Under the pieces are notes generated by a model, which saw only the letters and a program-made list of their open reading frames with translations, had not been told where the DNA came from and did not search any database. Shown here one piece after another: positions 38,512-51,167 of a DNA stretch of 64,000 bases. The position numbers were made by a program, and so were the translations under genes. How positions within the stretch are numbered: the stretch's first letter is position 1; the number at the start of each line of letters is the position of its first letter. The DNA comes from Eledone cirrhosa (lineage: Eukaryota). The stretch covers positions 313,782,001-313,846,000 of the forward strand of contig OZ024743.1 in NCBI GenBank assembly GCA_964016885.1, in the 5' to 3' direction.

Positions 38512-41094
38512 TCAGGTTATAAATTGGGTGTTGACCTCTAGTCTATTATTGATTGGTGGATGTGTTCTATCTATAATAAGTGCTTCCTTAATTCTAAGAT
38601 TGCCGAGGTTTCTTTCCTTAGTTTCTATCCTAACTGTTATGTTTTTATCGGTGTTTTTGCATTTAACTAGGTGTTTCTTAAATGAGGAAGCGTTAGTATT
38701 GAGGTGTTCTTTTATTCTTATGTGGAGTGGTCTGGTGGTGCTACCTACGTAGAAGTTGTTGAATTCGTCACACTCTAGTCTGTATACTACGTAAGCCTGG
38801 TGGCATAGGTCTGTGTCGTTGATGGGGCAGTTGGCTAGTCTGCAGCAGTTGTCATGTCTGGTGGAGTGTCTCTTAGCCAGCCGTCCGCACAAAGAAGGAC
38901 CCGAGTGGGCCAGTTGAATATCCAGACCCTCTCGTCTGATGGCTCTGCGGGTGGCTGTTGTTGTTTCTTCACTGAAGTGTGGGAGCTTCAGGAAGCAAGT
39001 GTTAGTGCCTCGGGTGTGGTGTCCTCTGTTCTTTCTGGCACGGTTTGTGGTGGATGTCGTGTATCCATTCAGTTTGAATACTTCCAGGAAATGTGTGGTG
39101 TGTGTGTCTCGGTCTCTGGCGTCGGTGCATTTGTTCTTGATACGTGCCAGTTCGTTCTTTATGTATCCGAACTTGGCACCGAGTGGGAGGGCCGATCTGA
39201 AATGTACGAACAAGTCCCTGCTGGCGGATTTTTTATAGAAGCAGGTGTGGATGTTGCCTTCCTCTGTTACCCTGAGTTGGAAGTCCAGCAGGGATAGGGA
39301 TCCGCGGTCATCGGGGTGTTCCATGCTGAACTTTATACTGGCGTCCATGCTGGAGAATGTTGTGTATATTTTCTCTGCCTCCTCACGGGATGATGTAAGG
39401 ATGAGTATGTCATCTACATATCGGGTGAAGAAGGCATGGGAATGGCAGGTGTTGAGGGCTCGGCATTCTAGCTGGTTCATGTAAGTGATGGCCAGCAGGC
39501 CAGAGAGGCTGGATCCCATGGGTAATCCTGTTGTCTGTCTGTATGTGTGGTGGTGGAAGGTGAAGTACGTGTTGTCTACTGTGAAGGACAAAAGCTGGTG
39601 TATGTCCGTCGGGTGGAGGCCGTAGCAGTGGATGTTCTCTGCGACCACGCAGTCCGTCAATAAATCGACAGCTGGGTGAGCGGGGACTGTAGTGTAGAGG
39701 GAGACAACGTCGAGGCTAAAAGCGTATTTATTTAGTTTAAGTTGTTCAGGCTGGAGTTGGTGTAATCTACGTATAACTTCGTCGAAGCTACTGACATGTC
39801 CGGGGAAGGTGGAGAGTAGAGGCTTGAGGACCTGGGAGAGAAGCCAGGAAATTTTGTATAGGGGTCCTTCTATGCTAGAGACGATGGGTCTTATATGCGT
39901 CTTAGTGCTATTCTTGTGGGTCTTGATGAGGTGGTAGAAAGTGGGCAGTCTGCTATTTCTAGTGGTGTAGTTGAGTTTAATTTTATTCGGGAGTTGTCTT
40001 CTCCTACAGATATCGAACCAAATGGAGTTGGTCTGTTTTTCGATTTGGGCTGCGGTCATGTCCGGGATCACTGTGTACAGTTCACTGTCGCTTAGGTGTT
40101 CGAAGGCTATGTTATTGTATGTGGCTTGAGAGATGACCCAGAACTCTTTACCTTTGTCGGATGGTAAGTAAATAAGTTCCTTATTCCGTAGGTTCTTCAG
40201 GGCGAGTTGTTGTGTCCTGGAGAGGTTAGGGGCCATCTTCTTCTGTTTCCGTAAGATGTTAAATACGGAATGTTTTAGTCTCGAGAGTTTTTCTTCCAGC
40301 TCGCGGTTGGCGGGCGGTGGATAGAGTGGGCGATCTAGTTGGTATATCGGGAATCTGGGTGTGGTGGATTCCGTGGTGTTGTTGTCGAGAGTCGATATCC
40401 ATTTCAGTTGGTAGGCAGTCCGACAGAAATTCGTTTCTATGTCGAGCCATAGTCTGTCGTCCAGTCTCTGTTTCAATATGAACTTGGGACCCAGGCTGAG
40501 GAGGTCTAATTCCTCTCGGGAGAGGGATCCTGTCAAGTATGTGACGAGGTGTTTTGCGTCAGGTGTGTTGTTGGTCGGGGTGCCGCTAGGTTCGGTGTTG
40601 GTAACGTATTGTTCGCCTCTGTTGGTGTTTAGCGTTGGGATGTTGTTAAGACAGTTGGCCGTCCTGAGTTTGAGAAATTTTTGTGTTAGGCGTATTTTCT
40701 CGTAGTCTCGGCGGTGGTGGTATGACCTGTCTATAGTGGCGGAGATGACCTTGGACAGAGGTTCTGGGGTTTCAGCGAGTTGTGGTACAAGGCTGGAGAT
40801 AGTCCGTATGTGATGTTGTAGCGTGCGGTGTAGGTGTTGTATGAGTTTTCTTAGGCAGAATTTTTGTATGTAACTGAGTGATCGTTTGAGGCCTGGTGAT
40901 TTGAAGCATGTTGGTAGGTGTAAATTTTTGATGGTTTTGGGAATGATGTTGTTATTCAGGCATCGTTTTAGGAAATTTATTTGGCAGCCGGCTTTGGCGC
41001 GCTTTTCAGATAGCTGGAAGAGTTTCTTTACAGTTGTGAACTGGGCCTGGCTCAGGCGTAATGAAAGGAGGAGGTTATAGTTCACTTGAAGCAT
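38512..41094 (-). CDS. PLE reverse transcriptase + GIY-YIG endonuclease (open frame 38512-41208; first ATG at 41094)
   Basis: PSDKG, FYHLIKTHK, IRPIVS, SLDVVSLYT, GLPMGSSLSG, RYVDD, LSLLD; VVYRLEC..FYVGSTTRPLHIRIKEH..LRIKEALII..P.IN. Confidence 0.93.
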   Translation of the reverse strand: MLQVNYNLLLSLRLSQAQFTTVKKLFQLSEKRAKAGCQINFLKRCLNNNIIPKTIKNLHLPTCFKSPGLKRSLSYIQKFCLRKLIQHLHRTLQHHIRTISSLVPQLAETPEPLSKVISATIDRSYHHRRDYEKIRLTQKFLKLRTANCLNNIPTLNTNRGEQYVTNTEPSGTPTNNTPDAKHLVTYLTGSLSREELDLLSLGPKFILKQRLDDRLWLDIETNFCRTAYQLKWISTLDNNTTESTTPRFPIYQLDRPLYPPPANRELEEKLSRLKHSVFNILRKQKKMAPNLSRTQQLALKNLRNKELIYLPSDKGKEFWVISQATYNNIAFEHLSDSELYTVIPDMTAAQIEKQTNSIWFDICRRRQLPNKIKLNYTTRNSRLPTFYHLIKTHKNSTKTHIRPIVSSIEGPLYKISWLLSQVLKPLLSTFPGHVSSFDEVIRRLHQLQPEQLKLNKYAFSLDVVSLYTTVPAHPAVDLLTDCVVAENIHCYGLHPTDIHQLLSFTVDNTYFTFHHHTYRQTTGLPMGSSLSGLLAITYMNQLECRALNTCHSHAFFTRYVDDILILTSSREEAEKIYTTFSSMDASIKFSMEHPDDRGSLSLLDFQLRVTEEGNIHTCFYKKSASRDLFVHFRSALPLGAKFGYIKNELARIKNKCTDARDRDTHTTHFLEVFKLNGYTTSTTNRARKNRGHHTRGTNTCFLKLPHFSEETTTATRRAIRREGLDIQLAHSGPSLCGRLAKRHSTRHDNCCRLANCPINDTDLCHQAYVVYRLECDEFNNFYVGSTTRPLHIRIKEHLNTNASSFKKHLVKCKNTDKNITVRIETKERNLGNLRIKEALIIDRTHPPINNRLEVNTQFIT

Positions 41095-41323
41095 TGTGTA
41101 ATGAGGTATAAACGTTAGAATATGTGTAATAAGGCCAAGACAATGCAGGTATGGACATAGAAAAAAGAATGCAATAGTGAAAGATATTGATGTGAATTCG
41201 TCTTTCACCTTGAATTTATTTAAATGTCCTTAATTTTCGAGATAATATCTCTTCTTCGGAGGGAAGTAAAGGTCTCAAACCAGCGTCTTTAAATCTCTAA
41301 TCAAGCCATGCTGACCGGAAATA

Positions 41324-41400
<77 letters not shown>

Positions 41401-41701
41401 TACATCATGATACCAGAAACCAAGATATTCTCTCTCATTCACGATTTCACCGAACTTATATTCATGGAAATTTGGGACTTGACTCGTTCTTCCTCACTTT
41501 TCGTCGCTTCACCATCTTTGTTTGTTTACCCTCTCGCTGTCCCCTTTATTTACGTGTCCCAACGACTTATTTTAGCCGTTGCTCGCATCAACCAGAGGTA
41601 TATGGTCTTTAAAGCGAAGAAATACCTGTGATGGTTGGAAGATCACTGATGAGGACCACTTTATTCATATGTAACCCATTTGCAACCACACAGCACGTTT
41701 A

Positions 41702-41797
<96 letters not shown>

Positions 41798-42834
41798 ATA
41801 TATATATAGAGAGAGAGATACAGAGAGAGATCATTTATAGATATGTGGTTTTAACTAAAGGAGATTGATAATATCATGGGCTAAAGTAATTGCTACACGG
41901 ATTCCTTAAATGTGCAGAATATTTAGAACAAATCTGCCGTGTTTCTCACACAGCTTTGCAACATTTCGTAAATAAATTTATTTGATTATGAAATAATTAA
42001 CTGTAATATTAATTATGGAATTCCCCTATTAAGATGTTTAATGTTGGCTCTTCCCCAAACCATTACTTCATTATAAATTGTTAGCGTAATTCTAATGAAA
42101 TCTTATATATACATGAAACACGTAATCGAGGAGGCATTTGTGTTGATGTAAACAATCAATTATTTCTTCTTTGCACTTACTAAATAGTTAATTTGTGTGG
42201 TTACTATATTTCTGCTCCGAGGACAATACAAATTGAAAAATTACTGCAAACACCTCAATTAAGAGCGGATATAATCAGTTTACGTAAGGTTAAAGCGTAC
42301 ATTATACCGAAAAATCAATACGGATTATCGAACGATTAGCTATTTGTACTTTTCCCCTTCTTAGGCAAATATGTATAATGTTGATATTGTTTAGATCCAA
42401 AGTAAAAGACCGCAGATATGTACAATAATGGAAAAGAGAAAATGGGATTGTGTGACGGTATTTTTTTCTTTACATGGATTTAGCGATAAGAATTAAAGGA
42501 AATGATTAGAAAAATTTGGAATTGAAGTGGTCTTGGGTAAAAACTAAAAATTAAATGAAGTCAAGTCAAGAAGCAATAGGAAAAGAAGAACAACGAGAAT
42601 TTAGGAATATTGGTATCTCTTTCTATATTAGGAAAATGTCTACGTACATATATAGACCAAGTTTCATAGGTATTTTTAGTGGCAAAACATCATATTTGTC
42701 CGTTCTGTTGTCATTTTAGTTTGGATTGCCTCGAGAATATAACCTTGTCATGTAATGAGGCTGTCTGTTGTGATAATACCACTGGTTGCCTGAAATCATG
42801 TAGTATTATTGGAATCACTATCATTATTGGAATA

Positions 42835-43320
42835 TTGGCAGTATCGGTAGAGGGTCGGACGCCATGCTTTCCAGCATAGTTACGTCCCTTTACGATCTAA
42901 GTTCAAATCCCGCCAAGGTTGACTTTGCCTTTCATCCTTACGGGGTCGATAAAATAAAGTACCAGTAATGCACTGGGTAATTGCTGGCCTTGTGCCTAAA
43001 GTAGAAACAATTATTGGAATATGTATCACAGCCTTATCAATAAAGGTCATTAACATATGCAACCACTTTTCATTTTCTTATTCGATTTTAGCCTTCACAT
43101 TTATTATTACTATATATATATATATATAGTAATAATTGTTTCTACTTTTGGCACAAGGCCAGCAATTATCCCAGTGTATTACTGGTACTTTAATTTATCG
43201 ACCCCGTAAGGATGAAAGGCAAAGTTAACCTCGGCGCGATTTGAAATCAGTCCGTAAAGGGACATAACTGTGCTGCAAAGCATTGCGCCCGACCCTCTAC
43301 CGATACTGCCAATCCATCTC
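42835..43320. mobile_element. Two copies of the tRNA SINE in opposite orientation (42835-43015 +, 43133-43320 -); partial copy at 50600-50728
   Basis: Same family as 35060-35275. Confidence 0.82.
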
Positions 43321-43390
43321 CCTTATGTATATATATAATAAATTATATATATATATTATTTATTATAGTAATAGTAAATATTTTGAATTA

Positions 43391-43442
<52 letters not shown>

Positions 43443-43655
43443 ATATATATATATATATTGTTATACTTTGGGAGGGTCATGTTGCCAATAATTTGTAGAT
43501 TTGTAAATTTATAAATTTATAAATATATAATAAATTGAAGTGAAAGCAACTGGTGCGTGTGTTTCTCATTGGCAACATGACACTCCCAAATATAAAAATA
43601 TCGGTTTCAACACACGATTTCAGATATAGAATCTTGCTAAACAAATCCAGAAACG

Positions 43656-43712
<57 letters not shown>

Positions 43713-44061
43713 TATACTTACACACATATATATTTAAAATTAGAATTGGCGCTCTGAAATAGCTATATATATATGAATGTATGTATAGTCTATTTTGCAA
43801 TACACTGTATGCTTATTTAAAAGTATTAAGTACCAATCAGTACGAAACATAGATCTGTCAGATTTATCTCCCCTGTTTGCTGAAAATTTAAAGTAAGTGA
43901 GTCTGTCACTACTCTAAAACAATAGCATAACGTCTTCGAAATGCTTTTAATTAAGCATACAGTGTATTGCAAAATACTTTATATATACATTCATATATAC
44001 ATTTATATATATATATATATTTATATCTATATATCTATATATCTATATCTATATATCTATA

Positions 44062-44193
<132 letters not shown>

Positions 44194-44198
44194 CACAC

Positions 44199-44238
<40 letters not shown>

Positions 44239-44268
44239 AGATCGAAAGATGGTTAAAATAATTCCAAG

Positions 44269-44339
44269 TATTTTATTATGCGCATTTCAAAAACAAATAT
44301 CATCATGACATGATATCTGCTTTCTCATCAGATAAAATA
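44269..44339 (-). ncRNA. Type I hammerhead (family copies at 47687-47757, 48042-48112 and 48323-48393, all +)
   Basis: Minus strand: tattttat-CTGATGA-gaaagcagatatca..tgatatttgtttt-GAAA-tgcgca-TA-ataaaata. Confidence 0.88.
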
Positions 44340-46629
44340 GGGAGACATGATATGAAGCTTAAAAAACACTTGTGAGCAGTAAAGTTTTAAATCAACATAT
44401 GAAAATTAAATTAAGATGGATGTATGAGATTGGGAAAAAGTACGGGGGGTGGAAAAGGTAAGGAAGAGGAAGAAATAAGAGTAAAGGATGGTGGGGGAGG
44501 AGTATAAGAAGGAAGGATGAGAGAGGAGGAGAGATGGGTGATAGAAAGAGAGAGAGATAGCCTTTACAACTGAGAAAAAATATTGTCTCACAGAAAGAAA
44601 TTAAAAAGCCGTTGGAAGATAATAGATAATTTTAAAGATTTTGAAATTAAAAGTTAATGAAGTTTATGCCTGAAGAAAAAGGAATTAAGAATAGTATGAA
44701 ATTAAGGTTTTATATTGAAGGGTTTAATAATATGTGCGAAGAAAAGAATTTATTAATATGTTTTATTAATATGTATTATTAAAATAAAAATATTAATGAT
44801 AAAAATATTTATTCAATTTGATATTGCCAGCTACTATTCTTCTATTTCGCCTTCACTTCTCAACAACGCTCTATCTTTCGCATTTAAATAATCTGACATT
44901 ACCACAGATGAACGTTACATCATTCTCACCGAAAGAAAAACTATCTTAGAATTCAACAATGAATACTGGACTAGAGCCGATGCTTCCAACAATTTTGATA
45001 TCACAATGGGTGCTTCCGATTCATCGCAATTGACTGATTTGATTGGTATTTTTATTTTGAATTCTTTAAATCGGAAAATTCCTTAACTTCGCGGTGGAAT
45101 TTATCGTGACGATGGCCTTTTTACTATCTTAAACTGCAAGTTAGTTAACCTTAATATTATTAAGAACAATATACGTGATCTCTTTAAGCACCATAACCTT
45201 AAAATTGAATTTGATAACAACGTCAAACTAGTTAACTTCTTGGTTATATCCCTTAATCTTGACACTTGCCTATATTACACTTACCATAAAAACAATGAGA
45301 ATCCCAATTACTATAATAATGCGCTTTCTAAAGCCGGTTATCCTGATAAAATTAAATACAGTAAGGAAACCAATCCTCGAAGGTCTTACAGTAAAATAAT
45401 TAATTATGAACATTCCAATAACTTAAATAAAAGACCTAGATACAAAAATATAATTTGGTATAATGCTCCTTTTTCTATATCTATTAATTATAATATTCCT
45501 AAACTATTCTTTAGGGCCTTAGATAAATGCTTCCCTCCCTCACATATCTATAGTAAAATCTTTAACAAACATACATTAACATTTTCTTATTCCACTACTT
45601 GCAACATCTCTAACATTATCTCTAAACACAACAATAACATATTAAATAATAAATTACATCCTTCCAGTCGAAATAATAGCAGTAGTATACCCGACGTCAT
45701 TGTTAACTCTAGGCTAGATTCTGTAAATTAAAATACGACGTCAAACGTAACTTCGTTAAATGTTCATAATACCAATCTAAATCAGGAAACTATTGTTCCT
45801 ATCGTAAACAACTTCTCCAATCCAATTCCTTCTATAAATAATACTAGGTCACTTGTTAATAACTCTGTTAATTTCTCTAATCGTAATTGTAATTGGCCTA
45901 TTAAAACTAAATGTCCTCTTAATAACCATTGCCTTGATAAAAACTTAGTCTATGAATGTAAGGTTATAACTGATACTAATTCTTTTACCTATTTCGGTTC
46001 CACTTCCACTTCCTTCAAAGCTAGATTTTATAATCCCAATTCGTCTTTTAGATACCAACTTAAAAGAACTAACACGGCACTCTCGGAACTCATATGGTCC
46101 TTGAAAGATAAAAATATTAACTATAACATCTCTTGGAGGAAGGTTTGTTCCGCCTTTCCTTACCTGAATTCTTCCCTATCCAGAACATGTAATCTTTGCC
46201 TAGCCGAGAAATTTACCATTATATTAAATTTCAATTCTATAATAAATAGACGCACAGATTTATTTTCGCTCTGCTTGCATAAATTCCATAGAACATTCCA
46301 TAAAGTATACAGCTAATATCTTAATACCTTACTAGTTTAAAATCCTTTTTACTCAAAGGCTTATATATCTTTTACAAATATACCCATCTTTCTACTTATT
46401 TCAGTATTATATATTATATAATTCTGTGTCATTCTATGTCATTCTATGTCATTCTATGTCATTCTTCTTTATCATTTTCCTTTCTTCCTTTTTTCTTTTT
46501 AATTTCTAATCTCTAATCTGTACTTTTTCTTCCCAACTACTTCTCAATTCATATTATTACTCACCACAACATTATCCATTCTTCCTTCTTTCCTCATATC
46601 ATTGACCATACAAATTATTTGTTTAATAC

Positions 46630-47170
46630 ATTATAATATTACCATTAGAAGTCCTTCGTAAATATATAAATTTTTTGACGTTAGATTTTTTCTTCCTTAA
46701 ATTTTTTTTATCTCTTCTATCCTTTCATGCTCGTTTTAAACCTACTACTTAATTTTACTTTTACATATTACAATACATAAAAACAAACTTAAACCCTAAC
46801 TAATTTCTTTTAATATATTATAATATTACCATTAGCAAATATTTCGTAAACATATATACTTTTTGATGATAGATATTTTCTTCCTTAAATATTCTTTTTT
46901 ATTCTCTCCTTCCGCGCTCATTTTAAACATATTATTTACGTATACATATTACAATACATAAAAACAAACTTAAACCCTAACTAATTTCTTTTAATATATT
47001 ATAATATTACCATTAGAAAATATTTCGTAAACATATATACTTTTTGATGTTAGATATTTTCTTCCTTAAACATTCTTTTTTATTCTCTCCATCCGCGCTC
47101 ATTTTAAACATACTATTTACGTATACATATTACAATACATAAAAATGAACTTAAACCCTAACTAATTCCT
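46630..47170 (+). repeat. Three diverged ~182-bp tandem repeats in the PLE 3'UTR
   Basis: ATTATAATATTACCATTAG...CTTAAACCCTAACTAATT recurs three times. Confidence 0.85.
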
Positions 47171-47787
47171 CTAAATTCATAACTCATTTATTCTTCTCCT
47201 TCTTTTCACATTATATCCTTAATATCATTAATATTTTTATTTTAATAATACATATTAATAAAACATATTAATAAATTCTTTTCTTCGCACATATTATTAA
47301 ACCCTTCAATATACAAACCTTAATTTAATAGTATTCTTAATTCCTTTTTCTTCATGCATAAACCTCATTAACTTTTAATTTCAAAATCTTTTAAATTATC
47401 TATTATCTTCCAACGGCTTTTTAATTTCTCTCTGTGAGACAACATTTTTTCTCAGCTGTAAAGGCTATCTCTCTCTCTTTCTATTACCCATCTCTCCTCC
47501 TCTCTCATCCTTCCTTCTTATACTCCTCCCCCACCATCCTTTACTCTTATTTCTTCCTCTTCCTTACCTTTTCCACCACCCCCTCACTTTTTCCCAATCT
47601 CATACATCCATCTTAATTTATTTTTCATATGTTGATTTAAAACTTCACTGCTCACAAGTGTTTTTAAGCTTCATATCATGTCTCCCTATTATATCTGACG
47701 AGAACGCAGATATCATCCCATGATGATATTTGTTTTTGAAATGCGCATAATTAAATACTTGGAATTCTTTTAACCATCTTTTGATCT

Positions 47788-47880
<93 letters not shown>

Positions 47881-47882
<2 letters not shown>

Positions 47883-48428
47883 GGAGGTGAGTTTTATTGT
47901 AGTACAATAAAGCAATGCAGATATCGGATGAGAAGCACTCTACAGTTTGTAGGACTGGAGTATACATAATATATATGAACAAAAGATGATTTAAAACTGC
48001 ACTATCCACAAGTGTTTTTTAACCTTCATATTATGTCTTCCTATTTTATCTGATGAAAACACACATATTATTGCATGATGATATTTGTTTTTGAAATGCG
48101 CATAATAACATACTTGGAACTCTTTTAACCATCTTTTGATCTTATATTATATATATATATATAGGAGGTGAGTTTTATTGTAGTACAATAAAGCAATGCA
48201 GATATCGAATGAGAAGCACTCTACAGTTTGTAGGACTGGAGTATACATAATTTATAAGAACAAAAGATGATTTAAAACTGCACTATCCACAAGTGTTTTT
48301 TAACCTTCATATCATGTCTTCCTATTTTATCTGATGAAAACACAAATATTATTGCATGATGATATTTGTTTTTAAAATGCGCATAATAAAATACATGGAA
48401 CTCTTTTAACCATCTTTTGTTCTTATAC

Positions 48429-48433
<5 letters not shown>
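47881..48433 (+). repeat. Tandem dimer of a 281-bp HHR unit sharing its 3' ~165 bp with the adjacent PLE terminus
   Basis: TAGGAGGTGAGTTTTATTG at 47881 and 48162; each unit ends in HHR + CATCTTTT + (TA)n. Confidence 0.85.
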
Positions 48434-48467
<34 letters not shown>

Positions 48468-48472
<5 letters not shown>

Positions 48473-50414
48473 TAATTTAATATATCTACTAACATAAGCG
48501 CACAGCTGTACGCTAATGCCAGCAAATACACAGGTTATGTCATAGTACCTAGGTGGTTCAATGCAGGAGGATGCAGAACAATAATATAACGGACGTAAAA
48601 TAAGAAAATTCTTAAAAAAAATTTTTTTTTTAAATTTTAACTTACTTAAATTTTCACTCCAACTAATTAGTTTCTGCAATGGGATAAAGACAGTTACGTA
48701 ATCTAACTGTCGAGAATTCATTGCGTCATCAGGGAGTCTATTCTCAGCTAAGTCTCCAGGCAATGCGCGGACACCGGGGACTCATATAAAAATAATAATA
48801 ATTCAGTAGATGGAACAGCTAGCGGGGACTGAATTCCATGCACTGAAATCCTCGCTGCCTCTGGTCAGATGGCCGATTCTAAAGAATCAATCACGTGACA
48901 CAGAGGCTAGTCAGTAGGAATGGGATGGTAAGATGACAGACAACTACTAACACCCCCCCAAAAATTTAGAAGTGGTTTTGGCGGGTTTGCTCGACAAATC
49001 AGTGATTTGGAGATAAATATAGATAATTTAATATATCTACTAACATAAGCGCACAGATGTACGCTAATGCCAGCAAATACACAGGTTATGTCACTGAATT
49101 ATTATTATTTTTATATGAGTCCCCGGTGTCCGCGCATTGCCTGGAGACTTAGCTGAGAATAGACTCCCTGATGACGCAATGAATTCTCGACAGTTAGATT
49201 ACGTAACTGTCTTTATCCCATTGCAGAAACTAATTACTTGGAGTGAAAATTTAAGTAAGTTAAAATTAAAAAAAAAAAAATTTTTTAAAGAATTTTCTTA
49301 TTTTACGTCTGTTATATTATTGTTCTGCATCCTCCTGCATTGAACCACCTAGGTACTATGACATAACCTGTGTATTTGCTGGCATTAGCGTACATCTGTG
49401 CGCTTATGTTAGTAGATATATTAAATTATCTATATCTATCTCCAAATCACTGATTTGTCGAGCAAACCTGCCAAAACCACTTCTAAATTTTTTTGGGGGT
49501 GTTAGTAGGCGTCTGTCATCTTACCATCCCATTCCTACTGACTAGCCTCTGTGTCACGTGATTGATTCTTTAGAATCGGCCATCTGACCAGAGGCAGCGA
49601 GGATTTCAGTGCATGGAATTCAGTCACCGCTAACTGTTCCATCTACTGAATTATTATTATTTTGATATGAGTCCCCGGTGTCCGCGCATTGCCTGGAGAC
49701 TTAGCTGAGAATAGACTCCCTGATGACGCAATGAATTCTCGACAGTTAGATTACGTAACTGTCTTTATCCCATTGCAGAAACTAATTAGTTGGAGTGAAA
49801 ATTTAAGTAAGTAAGTTAAAAATTTGATTTTAAATTTTTTTAAAGAATTTTCTTATTTTACGTCTGTTATATTATTGTTCTGCATCCTCCTACATTGAAC
49901 CACCTAGGTACTATGACATAACCTGTGTATTTGCTGGCATTAGCGTACATCTGTGCGCTTATGTTAGTAGATATATTAAATGATCTATATTTATCTCCAA
50001 ATCACTGATTTATCGAGCAAACCTGCCAAAACCACTTCTAAATTTTTTGGGGGGTGTTAGTAGGCGTCTGTCATCTTACCATCCCATTCCTACTAACTAG
50101 CCTCTGTGTCACGTGATTGATTCTTTAGAATCGGCCATCTGACCAGAGGCAGCGAGGATTTCAGTGCATGGAATTCAGTCCCCGCTAGCTGTTCCATCTA
50201 CTGAATTATTATTATTTTTATGAGTCCCCGGTGTCCGCGCATTGCCTGGAGACTTAGCTGAGAATAGACTCCCTGATGACGCAATGAATTCTCGACAGTT
50301 AGATTACGTATCTGTCTTTATCCCATTGCAGAAACTAATTAGTTGGAGTGAAAATTTAAGTAAGTTAAAATTAAAAAAAAATTTTTTTTAAAGAATTTTC
50401 TTATTTTACGTCTG

Positions 50415-50418
<4 letters not shown>
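48468..50418 (+). mobile_element. Retrozyme-like array: ~552-bp ORF-less monomer, ~1.1 inverted units followed by ~2.4 direct units, 4 HHRs
   Basis: Inverted 48468-49093, direct 49093-50418; HHRs at 48656-48737 (-), 49163-49244, 49715-49796 and 50268-50349; (TA)n flanks. Confidence 0.92.
49715..49796 (+). ncRNA. Type I hammerhead, representative of the 552-bp unit
   Basis: actcc-CTGATGA-cgcaatg..gacagtta..taactgtc..cattgca-GAAA-ctaattag-TT-ggagt. Confidence 0.9.
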
Positions 50419-50496
<78 letters not shown>

Positions 50497-50800
50497 ATAT
50501 ATATATATATATATAGATATATACAAACATATATATATATATATATATATATTAATTCAAAATATATATTATTACTATAATAAATAATATATATATATAA
50601 TTTATTATATATATACATAAGGGCGGTGGATTGGGAGTATCGGTAGAGGGACGGACGCCATGCTTTGCAGCACAATTATGTCCCTTTACGGACTGAGTTC
50701 AAATCCCGCCGCGGAGGTTAACTTTGCCTACAAACAGTAGAGTGCTACTTATCCGATATTTGCATTGCTTTATTGTGCTACAATAAAACTCACCTCCTAC

Positions 50801-50832
<32 letters not shown>

Positions 50833-50841
50833 AGGAGGTGA

Positions 50842-50879
<38 letters not shown>

Positions 50880-50884
<5 letters not shown>

Positions 50885-51150
50885 ATAATAATAAAATGAA
50901 GACTAAAATCTAAAGAGGGCACGATAAGGAAAATATATATCAAATATATAAGAACCGTAGAGCAAATATTTATTAAAATAACAGATTAAAGTTTAAGCAA
51001 AGAATCGCTGCTTTCACCCTTAACGAGATCTTCTGAAACTAACAAAGTCAATCTGTAAACGCAGAACTGGATATTTCAAAAAACGTTGCAACCGGAGGAA
51101 GACAGGAAGACGATACTTTGGTTCGTGGTAACGTTCGCTATGCAAATAAG
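50880..51150 (-). mobile_element. Abundant short repeat with an HHR-like fold at 50990-51040; other pieces at 23646-23688, 36262-36322, 36437-36560, 55472-55630, 60338-60495, 61085-61240
   Basis: Minus strand: agttt-CAGAAGA-tctc gtta agggt-GAAA-gca..tgc-TT-aaact, extended by cagatt/aatctg; common 3' end ATTATTATTACTA then (TA)n. Confidence 0.7.
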
Positions 51151-51167
51151 TATATATATATTTATTT

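Larger units (their letters stand above)
44232..47790 (+). mobile_element. 5'-truncated YRDD-type PLE (tentatively Hydra clade) with ~575-bp inverted terminal copy
   Basis: QFDIASYYSSI, FDITMGASDS, GIYRDDGL, IIWYNAPFS, CPLNNHC..LVYEC..YFGSTSTSFKARF, CNLCLAEK (44810-46315, degraded); 44232-44805 is the reverse complement of 47225-47790; (TA)n flanks. Confidence 0.88.

Noticed and set aside
41640-41690. CTGATGAG motif
   Set aside because: No closing stem II or GAAA follows.
43460-43660. 23-bp inverted repeat, and a nearby CTGAAA..GAAAC on the minus strand
   Set aside because: The core is incomplete and the stems do not pair; probably another short inverted insertion.
49590-49718. HDV-like fold upstream of the 552-family HHR (GTG-TCCGCG-CAT-TGCCT-GG)
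   Set aside because: P1 is too short, and no consistent P2 or catalytic-C junction fits both subfamilies; kept only as an unspecified conserved module.
48468-50418. CRISPR-like array or protein-coding repeat (MPGDLAENRLPDD ORFs)
   Set aside because: There are no unique spacers, and the ORFs start at TTG and shift frame between copies; conservation fits RNA structure instead.
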